The notes beneath the pieces were generated by a model. It made no database searches. It was not told where the DNA came from and worked only from the letters and a program-made list of their open reading frames with translations. A DNA stretch of 64,000 nucleotides from Mayamaea pseudoterrestris (taxonomy: Eukaryota): contig BROI01000003.1 of NCBI GenBank assembly GCA_027923505.1, positions 1,116,001 through 1,180,000 of the forward strand, written 5' to 3'. This document shows, one piece after another, positions 34,696 through 45,894 of the stretch. Position numbers and translations under genes: made by a program. The number at the start of each line of letters is the position of its first letter. Positions within the stretch are counted from its first letter, which is position 1.

Positions 34696-37600
34696 TTACT
34701 TGAGGACGGTTGGCGGGCCGAAGTGTCCCATGGCACGTCGCGCATGGCGGGCATGAAGGACCCATCCGAGTGCTTTAGTGAGTTGATCGGCTGGATTGAT
34801 AACGCCGGGGATATGCGCGAGCTCGACAATGCGGCGGGCGCGCCATTCCTGGATTGCGAAGTACTGAACATCGATATGCCGAGAGCGAACGGTAGGACAA
34901 TTGCTATTGACCATGGCGATCGTGGCTTGATTATCCTCATAGAGCAGAGTAGGGCCAGGCGGCGGGAAACCAAGATCCTGTAGAACGGAGCGTAAGTACT
35001 TGGCGGTTTTGGCAGCGTGAACGGCAGCGATAAACTCGGCTTCTGTGGAAGACGTTGCAACAGTAGCTTGGAGTTTGGACTTGTAGGCAATAGCGCCGCC
35101 GGCGAAGTTGAACGAGTAACCAGTAACCGAGCGGCGGGTGGTGGACTCGGTTGCATGGGCGGCGTCGACAAAACCGACTAGTTCGAGGAGCCTCGAAGTA
35201 GGAAACGCGGGCAACAGGACTGAAACGGGATCGGCAGGTGGAACAGTGTGTGCCACAGCAGGAAGGTCAGCGCGAGGTGCAGGCCGCCAGTACATGATTC
35301 CCCAAGTTTTGGTGCCACGCAGATAGCGGCAGACGTTCTTCAATGCCGTAAAGTGTTCGCTCGCAGGATGACGGGTGAACCGGCTGAGGAAGGTAACAGC
35401 GTACCCAATGTCAGGACGGCATATGACGTAGGCGTAGGTAAGCTCGCCAAGCAACTGGCGGTAGGCAAATTTCGCGGTGTCCTCAATGAGCTTTGCGGCG
35501 GGCGTTCCTTCGGGCGGACCTGTCAACTTGTCTAATTTGGCGGCAACGTCCGCGGTTAACGGTACTGTCATAGTGCTGGACGAGGGTTCGGACCAACCAT
35601 GACTGTGGAATATCCTATCCAGGTAGGACTCGCAATGGAGTTTAATGAAGTCACGCGTTTGCATCACGTCCACACCGTTATAGCGGGTGACAATGCCGTA
35701 CCCAGGAATTTCGTCGCCAATCCCCTTGCTTTCCGTGGTGACGAATTCGTTGATGGCGCCAATCAGGATATCAGCGGTCTCGGAATGCTCTGATGCAACA
35801 GCAAAATCATCCACTTGGCGGCATATAATCACATCTTCGCCGTTGGTAGTACCGCGATATAGATTGCGCTTGTGGGTCGTCGATTTGTAGCCGAGTTTCG
35901 TAAGGATACCGACAATCATTCGTTCCCATAGGCGACCAGCCTCAGGGTGGCCTTGGAAAGCCTTGAGCACGGGAACCACGTGAGTCGCAGGATCAATATC
36001 TCGCCCATGGCGTTTGCGAAACCAGGAGCGATATGCGTCGTCTATGCGCAAGTAGCATTGCTCCGAAGGGCCTGGCGACTGTTGATACGCATTGGTGGTG
36101 TCCGCGATAGTGACCACGTAATTCTTGGCGGCTGCAAGGGCAAAGAAGAGGCGTTGGCATGGTAATTCAATACAGGATGCGTACGTTTCCGCAAATTGAC
36201 GCAGCCATGGGGCAGAGCGCTTGGATCCGTCGATGCATGAACGCGCTTTTCGCCGGCCGTCTTCCTTCACCATAAAGGACCAAACCACGCGTAGGACATT
36301 CGGGCGCTTCCCGTCTACTGGCATCGGAGTCGCCATCGGGAGGCCGAGGGTGCTGTCTTTGTAGTGTTGATCTAACTGCTTGTCGTGAGCCGCATCCCAT
36401 TCAGACCAGTTGGACAATCGTCGAAGGCTGGAGCGATTCAGTTTAGGCAGTCGCCGTTCCTCGTCGGTCATAGTGGTAGATTGGAGACGATGAAGTGGGC
36501 GGAGGCGAGGCGCTTGTATTCTGTTGATTACGCGGTGCGTAGCGAGTAGTACTTCGTGAAGCTCACTATCTGCGGGAGCGCGCGCGAAGGCTGTCAGTGT
36601 AGGTTGATATGCCTGAGCGCTGTCCCCCTCCCCATCAACAGCAATAAGAGCGCTGATGCGGCGAATGTCCGCGAGGCGGAGATGGAGAGGCGTCGTTCAA
36701 AGAGAATGATCGGTAGACGCAATAGGGGCGAGGTCGAGAGTTACTTCGGAATGGAGAGCCGTGGCTGCAAGCGCAGCAATCTGGACGGCGATGTCGTCGG
36801 CAGTATACACAGGAGTGCCGTTGATGGCAGCAACGTAGGAGCCAACAAATTTCTTGCGAAAAGCAGGAAAGCTACGAAAGTGGGCGGTAGGCAGCGAGTG
36901 AAACTCCGACACGTAGGGCCGAGACAAGTACTCGCATTGTGCAAAGTCACACGCAATGGCGCCGTCGCGCAAGGCCATTGATATGGCGGTGGTATGGTAG
37001 AACATGTGGGGAGAAACGTCGAGGTCGAGAAGGGATTGCTCTAAGTCGGTAGGGGCCAGAGGGTGATTATCTGCCTGATCCTCGGCGTCATCGCGGATTG
37101 TATCGAGCCGTTGCGCATTGGGAGGCTTTAAGTGAAACGGCAAATCATTGAAAGACTCGTCAAACGAGACATGCTGGCAAGTCTTGATTTGCCCATTGGC
37201 AAGGTCCAGGTATAGGGCATTCTTGGTTGTCCGCGCGTATCCCAGGAAAACACCAGTCTTCGCTTCGTTGAGGGTTTTGGCGGAACGGCCATGACTAGGG
37301 AGGGCATACAGACGGCAGCCAAACGTCTTAAAATTGGACATGTCGGGTTGATGACCGACGCACAGTTCGAACGGCGTCTTGTGGTCATCCCCACGAGGCA
37401 TAGTGGCATTGAAGACGCGGAGGAAATGATGTAGAGCATAGGGCCAGTACTTTGGTTCAAGCCCGGCACCTATCAAGGAAGAGCGGACGCCGGCGGCGAT
37501 CGTGCGATGAGGACGTTCAACTGGGCCGTTCTGGTGCGACGAGTCGGGTGCGGTAGTCTCAACCGAGTAGCCGGCGGAGCCAAACAAGTCGACGAGAGCG

Positions 37601-39597
37601 GCGCAGCGGCCGAGTTCGCCGCCAAGGTCGAACCGAACGTAGCGATCGACGCCTTCGCCAGGATTGTGAGCAGCGAGGAATTCAGAAAGATACGCCAAGG
37701 GAGGCGCTTTGGTGCGAAAAGTACGAGCAAAAAGAGCTCCAGAGAAATGGTCTTCCACTAGGCAGTAGCACGTTTCACCGTTGACGCCAGTAAGATCGCG
37801 AACGCGCTCAGAGTTGGTGGACTTTTGTACCATGAAACCGAAATCAACCGAGAGCCCTTGAAATGGGACTGTGGCGCGTCGCGAATCACCATGACCGCGG
37901 GCGGCACGAGTGAGCTTCGCCTGTTGGCAGGTAGGACAGTTGTCCAGACTGTTGGTAAGCGGTAGACGCGGGACGCCGCGTACATGTTGATGAAGCTGGG
38001 ACATGCGCCGGTGATTGAGGTGAGCGCAGCGCTGGTGCCAGAGGACAGCTGTTTGGCGATGGGTCAAGTGATGGACGTGGTACTGGATCGGGTCGCCAAC
38101 AAGAGCGTGTAGACTGACGGGTGCAGGTGGCGCATCAATGACCGTGCAGAAGCCTTTGAACGCCGGGCAAGGACTCGTCCCACAGAGACATGGGCGCGCG
38201 CCAGAGACTTGATGGACGCAGAAATCCTCCAAGCGCGGTAGAGGTTGGAGATGCTCAAGAGCAGACGGACGCGTCCAGGGGCCGGTGTAGGTGAGGCCGC
38301 CGACAAGATCAAGCGTCAAAGAGATATCGGCAGTAGCACGGCGGAGGCAGGAAGTAAACTTGATGGTCGAGGACGATATGTCGTAGGACGTTACAGTGCT
38401 ATGGCCGCTGCAGTGGAAGTGCTTGGAGATGTGATGAGGCGATAAAATGGTGGCGGTGACTCCAGGCGTATGGTAGACCGGAATAAACTCGTGCGTAGGG
38501 CCAATTGTGGAATGACGCCAGGGTCGCTCTGTGGGTAGACGAGGCACCTTTGCGAAACCGATTCCGATGGCCTTATGTCGGGAGCCGTCTGCGACGACGA
38601 GGGTAGGACCATCAACGGTGCGGTAATTCCAGAGCAGATCTTTAGCCGGAGTGGTGGACAGTGATGCTCCAGCGTCCATGTGGCCGCGATCGGCCAGGCT
38701 GTCGCCATGAGTGGCGCGATGGATTTCATACACTTCATTTACCGTGCACTCGGGCATGCGGCGGCAGATGCGAGTGAACTCGTGTAGGCCGCGGTCCGCA
38801 GGCGAATGAGTAGCGGTGATGGACTCCAGGATGGCGTCGTCAGGAATGTTTTCCGCTTCCGAGGCAAGGAGAACTTGGTTCAGATGGTAGACAACATCAT
38901 CGGGATTGCCGTGGCCGTCGTCGGGATCCTCGTTCGGGGCGTGCGCCGCAAAGGCGGAACAATTTTCGGCATCTTGGGCATAGTCGACCATGGGGCAATC
39001 ATCGTCTGTGTAGCCTTCGTCGTCCATAATGCAGTCCAGGCCAATTGTTGTCAAGTCGAGGATCTCCATCTCGCATATCACTTGCTTGATCCGGGTCGCA
39101 TCGTTATGACGGGTCGCATCGTTATGACGCATAGGTGCGCGCTCGGCAGCCGCACATTGCGGGGCTGCACCGTCGCCGATGATGCCGGGAGGCGGTATAG
39201 GTGCGCAGGCGGCATTTGCCTCGGGCGTCGCGAACGGAACGGGCGACGGGGTAGGCGAAGAGCCAAAAGGGACCGGCTCATCATCAAGAAGGTCGGAAAG
39301 GGAATCTGGCGAATCCCGGAGGTCAATGGCGTCATCGATAGCGTCACTGGGTGGGGCCCTCCCCGAATCCAAGCCGAGGGAGGAAGAAGAAAGGGGTGGA
39401 GGCGCACAAACAGGCAGGGACGCCGGAGGTGGTTCAAAGGGTAGAGGATGGGACAAAAAATCCCCTTCGGAGGGTAGACCGGGACAGACGAGAGGCAAAC
39501 CAGGATCTCGTCCGGATTCTGTCCCGACAACGGCGGTAATATCAAAAACCCGTTCACATGCTGAGGGATGGTCGGCATGCCGGGCTACCGAAAATCC
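34696..39597 (-). CDS. pol: Copia-1 pol (protease, GAG-pre-integrase, integrase, PDZ-like, RT, RNase H) with one in-frame TGA at 36697-36699
   Basis: HMDAGAS (protease), LWHQRCAH, VDFGF…RFDLGGE…QNGPVER (DDE integrase), RQVDD (RT), FVDAAHA…SSTEAEF…EDN…NPADQLTK (RNase H). ORFs 39762-36697 and 36471-34696 are in the same frame. Confidence 0.92.
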
Positions 39598-42324
39598 GTC
39601 GAGGCGGGAGCGGAAGCGGTAGGCGGGCGCGGTTGAGGCCAAAGGAGAGCATCCAACTTGCGGGTTAAGGTAGAGATAGACCCGGGAGAGCAGTCGCGGC
39701 AAAGGCGCACGACCAGAGGGCAATTGGCGGAGGCAAGGTGATCCTCGAGACACCAACCGCAAGGGGAGAGCTGGCGGTCGCGATCAAGAGCATGAACAGT
39801 GTACTCACCAGTGGCTTCCAGGGCAGCGATGAGGGCAGCCGAATCAAGTGGAGGAGAGGTGTCACGAAGTCGTCGGCCGGAAGCGAACTTGATGAGCGTT
39901 GTAGACGCGGCCCGATCGAGTCGCGGGCGGAGGACTGGGAGGGAGCACAGGGCGAACAGAGGCCCGAGGAGTCGCAAACAGAGCGTCGCTAGTGTGAGAC
40001 TCACCGACGATATCACTCATGGTGTTGGTGAGGGCGGTAGATTGAAACTTCGATGGGAGGCAGCGGTCCCAAGGCGCGAAGCGAAGACAATTGAGGAGGT
40101 GCAGTCCATAGTGCTGATGATAGAAAGGGAGTAGGCCCGCGACGAACCCAGCCACGAAACCGCGGTCGGATAGAATGGTAAGGCCGAGAAGCTTCTTGTT
40201 AGCATAGCTTATCCACGCGTTCAGGTACGCGCTGACGGATTGTGTCGGGAGCTGGCGAGGAGCCTCCAGGAGTTCAGGGCGTTCGCGTAGACGACTGTTG
40301 GCCTCGACACCGAGCAGATACAGAGCATGATAGCCATTGGTGGCAGTCTCGACGCAACTGCGAAGCCGGACTGGGGTCTTATCGTTGTTCAGCCCAGTCT
40401 TGGGATTCTTGAGATACATGAGTAGGTGCGTTTGCCAAATGGTCTCGGTGTAGCCGTGCTGGTGGATATTCAAGTACTTGCCCCAAGCGCCAAGGTCATC
40501 GTCGACGATCATGGTATGAAGCGGAGGGATGAAGAAGCCGTGAGCCTGCCCAAAAAGGGCGAGGTGATTATACCAGAGTATAAGGGACGCCTCGACGGCG
40601 GCAGGCGTAGCGGGCGTAGGCGGTGGGAAGTAGACGGGCATGGAGCTGTTCTTTGCAAATTTGGCGAGCATCTCAGCAGACGCCAACCGACTGTGATCGG
40701 TAAGAGCGGCCATGGCCATGCGGCGATCCATAAGGGGAATGTGATAAGGAATCGGGTAGATGGGGATCGGATCCTTGGACGCAGACGCGGAGCAGAAAGC
40801 GAGCCAGTGCAGAAAGCGTTGCGTTTCTTCATCCAGGGTGAGATCCTCCGGGGACGGATACGTAATGTATTCCCAACTGGGGGATACATGGCGCTGCGGA
40901 GGATTGCGCTGACGCTCCTCGAGTACTTCTTCACGGGCGTAGGAGCGATGGACGTTGTCGGTACCGTACTGCGTGAGCGGGTCCCATAGGATCTGTCGCC
41001 CAGACGGGGCGGGTGATTCGTAGCGCTGGGTGTGCAACACCGGAGTTTGCCGGTTGCCGCGGCCAAGAAGGAACTTTGGTTCCTCAGTTGGAGAAGATCG
41101 CGACGGCGAGGACTGATAGAACGGAGAGGCAGAGGTGGCCACTTGCAGTGCTTTAAGGATGTCGCCGGACGGAAAGAGAAACTGGAACACACGATCCCCG
41201 TCTTGACCCGCGCGCGCGAGGGTACTGCACTGCGAAAGCTTCTTGAGAAGGCGAGTAGCATTAAATACGCCATACTGGTTCTTGGTCTCACTGTCAGCAA
41301 ACGCCAATGGTAGCGTTTTGGACGAGGCAAGCGAGTCGAAAATCGACAGAAGGCGATTCGCTTCGTCGGTGCCATCGATGTCGAGGAGGCCGATCAAAGC
41401 GACCAGCTGGTTGCGGATGCTGGGATAGAGATGGTTGGTGCGCCAATCGCGGCGGAACTGCCCCGATGCATCAAGTAAATCGTCTAGCCCGATTGTTTCG
41501 TAGGTGAGCGTGCGGAGCTGACTAGGATCGATGGCTGTATCGAAGAGGCGGAACCCGATCTCAGTGTTTGTCAAGTCAAAGACGGTTGATCGCTCGCTGC
41601 TCCCGGCGTCGCTGTCGGTGTAACCGTCGTCGCCGGGTTCGAGGGCAGAGTAGGTGCGGTCCGCACTGGCGGCAGTAGCACCGGCGGCGGCCTTGTTGAG
41701 AGCAAGCTGCTCGGCCATGGCTTGATCGTCCAGGGCGGCTTGAGCGGCAGCGGAGAGTTTCTTGGACCGTCTCTTGATTGCTTTCTTCGACGCCTTCGGT
41801 GGAATAGTGCCAGGAGTAGGTGTGATAGCTGCTGGAACGATCGTTGTCGTGGTGGGTGTTGCTGCGGTGGCAGGACTCGGACCAGCGGATGGCTGAGGCG
41901 GCGCGGGTTTAGGAGTGGCATCCACGGCCGCCGGCTGTTTCTTCGCCGCCTTGTTGCGTCCTGTCACTTGGATGAAAGCTTCGTCCGAGTCGGCAAGGAT
42001 AAAGGCTCGTATCGTCTCGAGCGTATTCCTGGTCTCGACAGCCGCTGCCTTGGCAGATTCCTTGGAGCTCACGGCGGCCGCATACTCCGTGGCTTTTCCG
42101 GCGAGCCGAGCTTGGAACGGATCAAACGTTTCAGCGAGCTTAGCGCGCATGGCTGCATCCGTTTCGAGATCCATGAACTGTTGGTACGACGCTGCCCTCT
42201 CGTGCAGGGCGTCTAGATCGGCCTTGATGGACGCTGTCGTTGCGATGGCGACCTCGGCTTTCTCTTCCGCTTCTCCTGCTCGCGCTAGGAGAGCCAAGTA
42301 CTTCGGATCATCCGGCGCACTCAT
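39585..42324 (-). CDS. gag: Copia-1 gag, with a 1-bp frameshift near 39870 before the zinc knuckle
   Basis: Long ORF from MSAPDD continues in the +1 frame through CGWCLEDHLASANC (CCHC-like knuckle) and ends TDFR*. Confidence 0.8.
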
Positions 42325-42355
42325 GGTAATGTTGGACACAGTGGTGTTGTAATTT

Positions 42356-42368
42356 GGGCTCGGTAACC
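42356..42368 (-). promoter_or_regulatory. primer-binding site of Copia-1 (internal-tRNAiMet type)
   Basis: GGTTACCGAGCCC abuts the 5' LTR and resembles GGTTATGRGCCC, the complement of the tRNAiMet anticodon arm used by copia/Ty5-type elements. Confidence 0.7.
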
Positions 42369-42905
42369 TGTTAGAACAAGCTTGCACAGCTGTGAGCTTG
42401 GTCGGGTTGTCGCAGCGGAATGACTATCACTGACGCTACTCAATGAATCCGTTTGCGGGTGCCGTTCGGATCAAAGGAGGACTGGCCTGCTACAATGACT
42501 CTACTTGACGGTTGATAGGCTGTATTCCTTGCAGACCAACCGTTTCCAGTCAGCTTGTCCGTCTCCGGCCAATTATGCGGCAATTGCAACAGTCTGGTTC
42601 GTGGCCGATGGATCGGTAGGGCCACTGGGTACTTGCCTGTTGATATCCACGTTCCCGCTTCTTATTCAACTGGGAGTAATCCTAGATATATAGCTGTAGG
42701 CTTTATAGGCTTATTGTTTGGTATAACAATAGGTCTATGGCATGCTTTTAGTTTAAAGGGTACAAAGAAAGATGAGCGAATCGGTGATCGGGTGCATCGG
42801 TCCCGAGGTCCAGCCAGTGGTGCCCGTTGACTGACGCGGCAAAGCCCTCATAACCGAATCACCAAAGGGTAGCTAAATTAGTGTGCTCCCAGACATGTTC
42901 CAACA
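42369..42905 (-). repeat. 5' LTR of Copia-1
   Basis: 537 bp, matches 34046-34582. Confidence 0.95.
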
Positions 42906-43203
42906 GTGGTACATTTGGGTTGTACAGGCCCTGGCATTAGCTAGATACATACTATTATACATCTGCTACTGTTTTGTTATATGGCTCAATGCACTTGTAA
43001 TTCTCAGCCACCAGTAGTCCGTCGTTCCGCCTCGTAAGGACTGTAGCCAATGTCTCCATGTATTGCGACCCAGTAGCTAAACATGACTGTATTTAGTCGG
43101 CGACTGCGCTTTTCAAATTAAGTCATGCTGCGACAACGGCGACGCTCCATCCATTGCGCGCCGCGGCACCATGACGAAACACGCCGCGTTCGCGACGTAC
43201 CAT

Positions 43204-43227
43204 TCAATCAATCAATCAATCAATCAA
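43204..43227. repeat. (TCAA)6 microsatellite
   Basis: Direct reading. Confidence 0.9.
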
Positions 43228-43468
43228 AAAGAGTATCAAAAGCCTCTCCATTGCATTAGCAAAAATACAAGAATAGAGCAATTACAGAAATCGTATTGAT
43301 AACGAGCGCGCTCTATAGATAACAGCAGACAGGCAGTCGTTCCATTCGAATCGTTCCATTCAATTTCTTGCTGCAACAAACGCGAGACGAAGCATCAGCA
43401 AAGAGACAAACTATATACCGATAGTCAGTCCGAGACATTATTTTTAGCGTCTGCGTAATTTTGAAAGC

Positions 43469-45247
43469 ATGCAAAACCGACGGTGGGGCGACGACGAGTC
43501 CGACTCGGACGACGATGACGACGTGGTGAGGATTGCGGCCAACGCCTTGGAGCAGGTTGCAATAGACAATGGCGCTGACGACGAGGATGAAGACGACATA
43601 ATTTTTGACACGAGAGGAAAGTCGCAGCAGCAGCAGCAGCAGCAGCGTCCGTCTTGGAACCATCGCAACGATTCAGGAGGCGGTTCGCAGCGAAACTACG
43701 ATCAAGGAGGCGGCGGCGGACGAGGTTCACGACAAAATACTCGCAACGATCAAGGAAGAGGCGGCCGCAATGATAATTTTGGACGAGGCGGCGGTGGTCG
43801 CAGCAGTCAGAATGCGGATCATCATGGCCGCGGCGGCCGAGGAGCAGCCGCACGAGGAGGTTTGCATAACAGCAATAGCGAGCCGCACTGGAAGCAGCTC
43901 GCTAAGGATCAGTCGACTCTACTAAAATCAAATACTACTGCAACTGCCGCATCGAAAGCAACGATTGACGGCTCCGCTTGGATGGCCAGTCGCCGCGCCA
44001 AGCAGCAGGAGCATTTGCAGGCGCAGCAAGAGTATAAAGCCCAACAGGAACAGTTGCACCAGCAGGAACTCGTAAACAAGCGCAAGTCGCAAACGGCGGC
44101 GCTCAAGGAAGCGGCGCTTCGCATCAAGGAGGAGCGACGAAAAGAGGAGGAGGAATTGAAGAAGAAGCAAGTGGTGGCGGCGGCGACAACCAACAAGAGT
44201 TCTCTGCAGAGTCAAGCGAGTGCGACGCGCAACGACTTGTCTGTTGGCAAGGGCAAGGATCGTGCATTGTCGTCAAAGACAGGCATCGCGGTCGCTAAGC
44301 CATCAAAACCTGCAGCGCCAACCAAGATTTTGCAGCATGCGGATGGATCCGTCGTTCTTTCGCGCAAGTCCATGGAGCCGCCAGCAAAGAATGTCGCTTC
44401 TGCTGCTGCCAGTGATGTCAAGACGACGACGAGTGACGCCACTGCAGCAGTAACACCTTCCACCAACGAGTCCACGACGAAATTGTCAGCCACATCGGCG
44501 CGGCCAGTCTCGTCATTGGCAGCAGCGGCAGCTGCATTGGAGCAGCGATCGTCATTCTCTGGTCGAGGACGGTATAACGGTAGTGGCAGGGACGGACGTG
44601 GTGGACGCGACTTTTCTGGCCGAGGTCAGAATGTTGCAGCAGCACTGTCAACGCCGGATGGTGGCGACGAGCAAAGCGCGACGAGTCACTCCAGTCGCAC
44701 CTCGAGTCATACGTACAGTAAATGGGAACGGGTACCAATGAATCGAGGTGGCGGCGGTGATGATGCTGCTGGGCGAGGGAAACGAGGTGGACGCTCTGCA
44801 GGTCGTGGGCGTGGTCGTCATGATGTTGCGAGTGTCGCGCCGCCCAATGAGTCTACATCAAGGGTTGATGATGCAACGCCACCTCGCAACGAGTCCGAGC
44901 CTGATCTCACTGTGGAAGCTGCATCTGGCAGCTTCGGCTTTGGTACGGCGATAATAGACGTTCGCAAAGACTACTCTTTCGGGGGACGGGGGCGTGGCAG
45001 AGGACGAAGCGCTCGAAACCGAGGCGGACGGCATGGTGCCAAGAGTGACGAGTCTAGCAAGCAGCAGCAAACTTCGTCACCCAGCAATCCCAAGGCACAT
45101 TCGACTCACGTGTTGATTGAAAACGAACGAGAACGGAGCGTGATTTTGGCGAATGCGAGACGACGGCGCGCGATTCTGACGAATGCGAAAAACGTTGCGA
45201 AATATGTGAATTGCTTTATTTCAAGTAGCATGTACTCTATGTGTTGA
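43469..45247 (+). CDS. intrinsically disordered RGG/RG-rich protein with central coiled coil (possible RNA-binding)
   Basis: 592-aa ORF starting MQNRRWGDDESD, with several RGG/RGRG clusters and an E/K/Q-rich helix; no globular domain recognised; 3' end uncertain. Confidence 0.7.
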   Translation: MQNRRWGDDESDSDDDDDVVRIAANALEQVAIDNGADDEDEDDIIFDTRGKSQQQQQQQRPSWNHRNDSGGGSQRNYDQGGGGGRGSRQNTRNDQGRGGRNDNFGRGGGGRSSQNADHHGRGGRGAAARGGLHNSNSEPHWKQLAKDQSTLLKSNTTATAASKATIDGSAWMASRRAKQQEHLQAQQEYKAQQEQLHQQELVNKRKSQTAALKEAALRIKEERRKEEEELKKKQVVAAATTNKSSLQSQASATRNDLSVGKGKDRALSSKTGIAVAKPSKPAAPTKILQHADGSVVLSRKSMEPPAKNVASAAASDVKTTTSDATAAVTPSTNESTTKLSATSARPVSSLAAAAAALEQRSSFSGRGRYNGSGRDGRGGRDFSGRGQNVAAALSTPDGGDEQSATSHSSRTSSHTYSKWERVPMNRGGGGDDAAGRGKRGGRSAGRGRGRHDVASVAPPNESTSRVDDATPPRNESEPDLTVEAASGSFGFGTAIIDVRKDYSFGGRGRGRGRSARNRGGRHGAKSDESSKQQQTSSPSNPKAHSTHVLIENERERSVILANARRRRAILTNAKNVAKYVNCFISSSMYSMC

Positions 45248-45894
45248 TGTAAGCTTTGCTTAGTTACAGTGTCTTTAAGTAGTATCGTTATCAGCGAGCG
45301 CTGTCGCAAACAATCGTCGATTTAGTTGCTTCGATGATTGCTCCGTCACAAGTCGAAAGCGTCGTGCCAATGGTGAATACTCTTCTTTGCTTGCAGTAGT
45401 AAGCGGCGGCGGCGCAATTGCAAAGGAGATGCGGCCATGGTGTGAGAGATGGATGATCTTTGTTCCGGAACGGTGAGACGAAGAAGGAAAAATGTCGCAG
45501 CGTTTCTGACGAGTTTCGCACGCACGACTGAAAGTGTCATTTTCCGACTGACGAGCACATACATGCGGCGCGGCCGCCGCGCCAGTGTGTATGAAACGAG
45601 TCGCGAAATGGTTCGACGAAACGATGGAGGTGCACATGACCAACACTCGGTGCATTGTATTTCAAATAAAGCAATTGGAGACGAGAGAATAAGACGTGTG
45701 AACAGCACAGAAAGCAAGGAGTAGAGCAGTAAGAAGCATTACCAGCAGCAGCAGCCTTAACGACAAGCAACGCGAGAAGAGCAGCTGCTGCCAAGCAGCC
45801 TATCATTCAACGGCAGCAGCAGAAACAAAGGACTTTGAATTGGTCTCGCAGACTTTGCAGCACCTCCATTGACATCCATACCAGCAGTAACATC

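Larger units (their letters stand above)
34046..42905 (-). mobile_element. Copia-1: full-length Ty1/Copia LTR retrotransposon (CoDi-like)
   Basis: 537-bp LTRs TGTT…AACA that look identical; 5-bp TSD GTGGT (34041-34045, 42906-42910); domain order gag-PR-IN-RT-RH; PBS and PPT present. Confidence 0.97.

Noticed and set aside
39860..39890. Second programmed frameshift inside Copia-1 gag
   Set aside because: No slippery site or stimulatory structure seen; more likely a mutation or sequencing indel.
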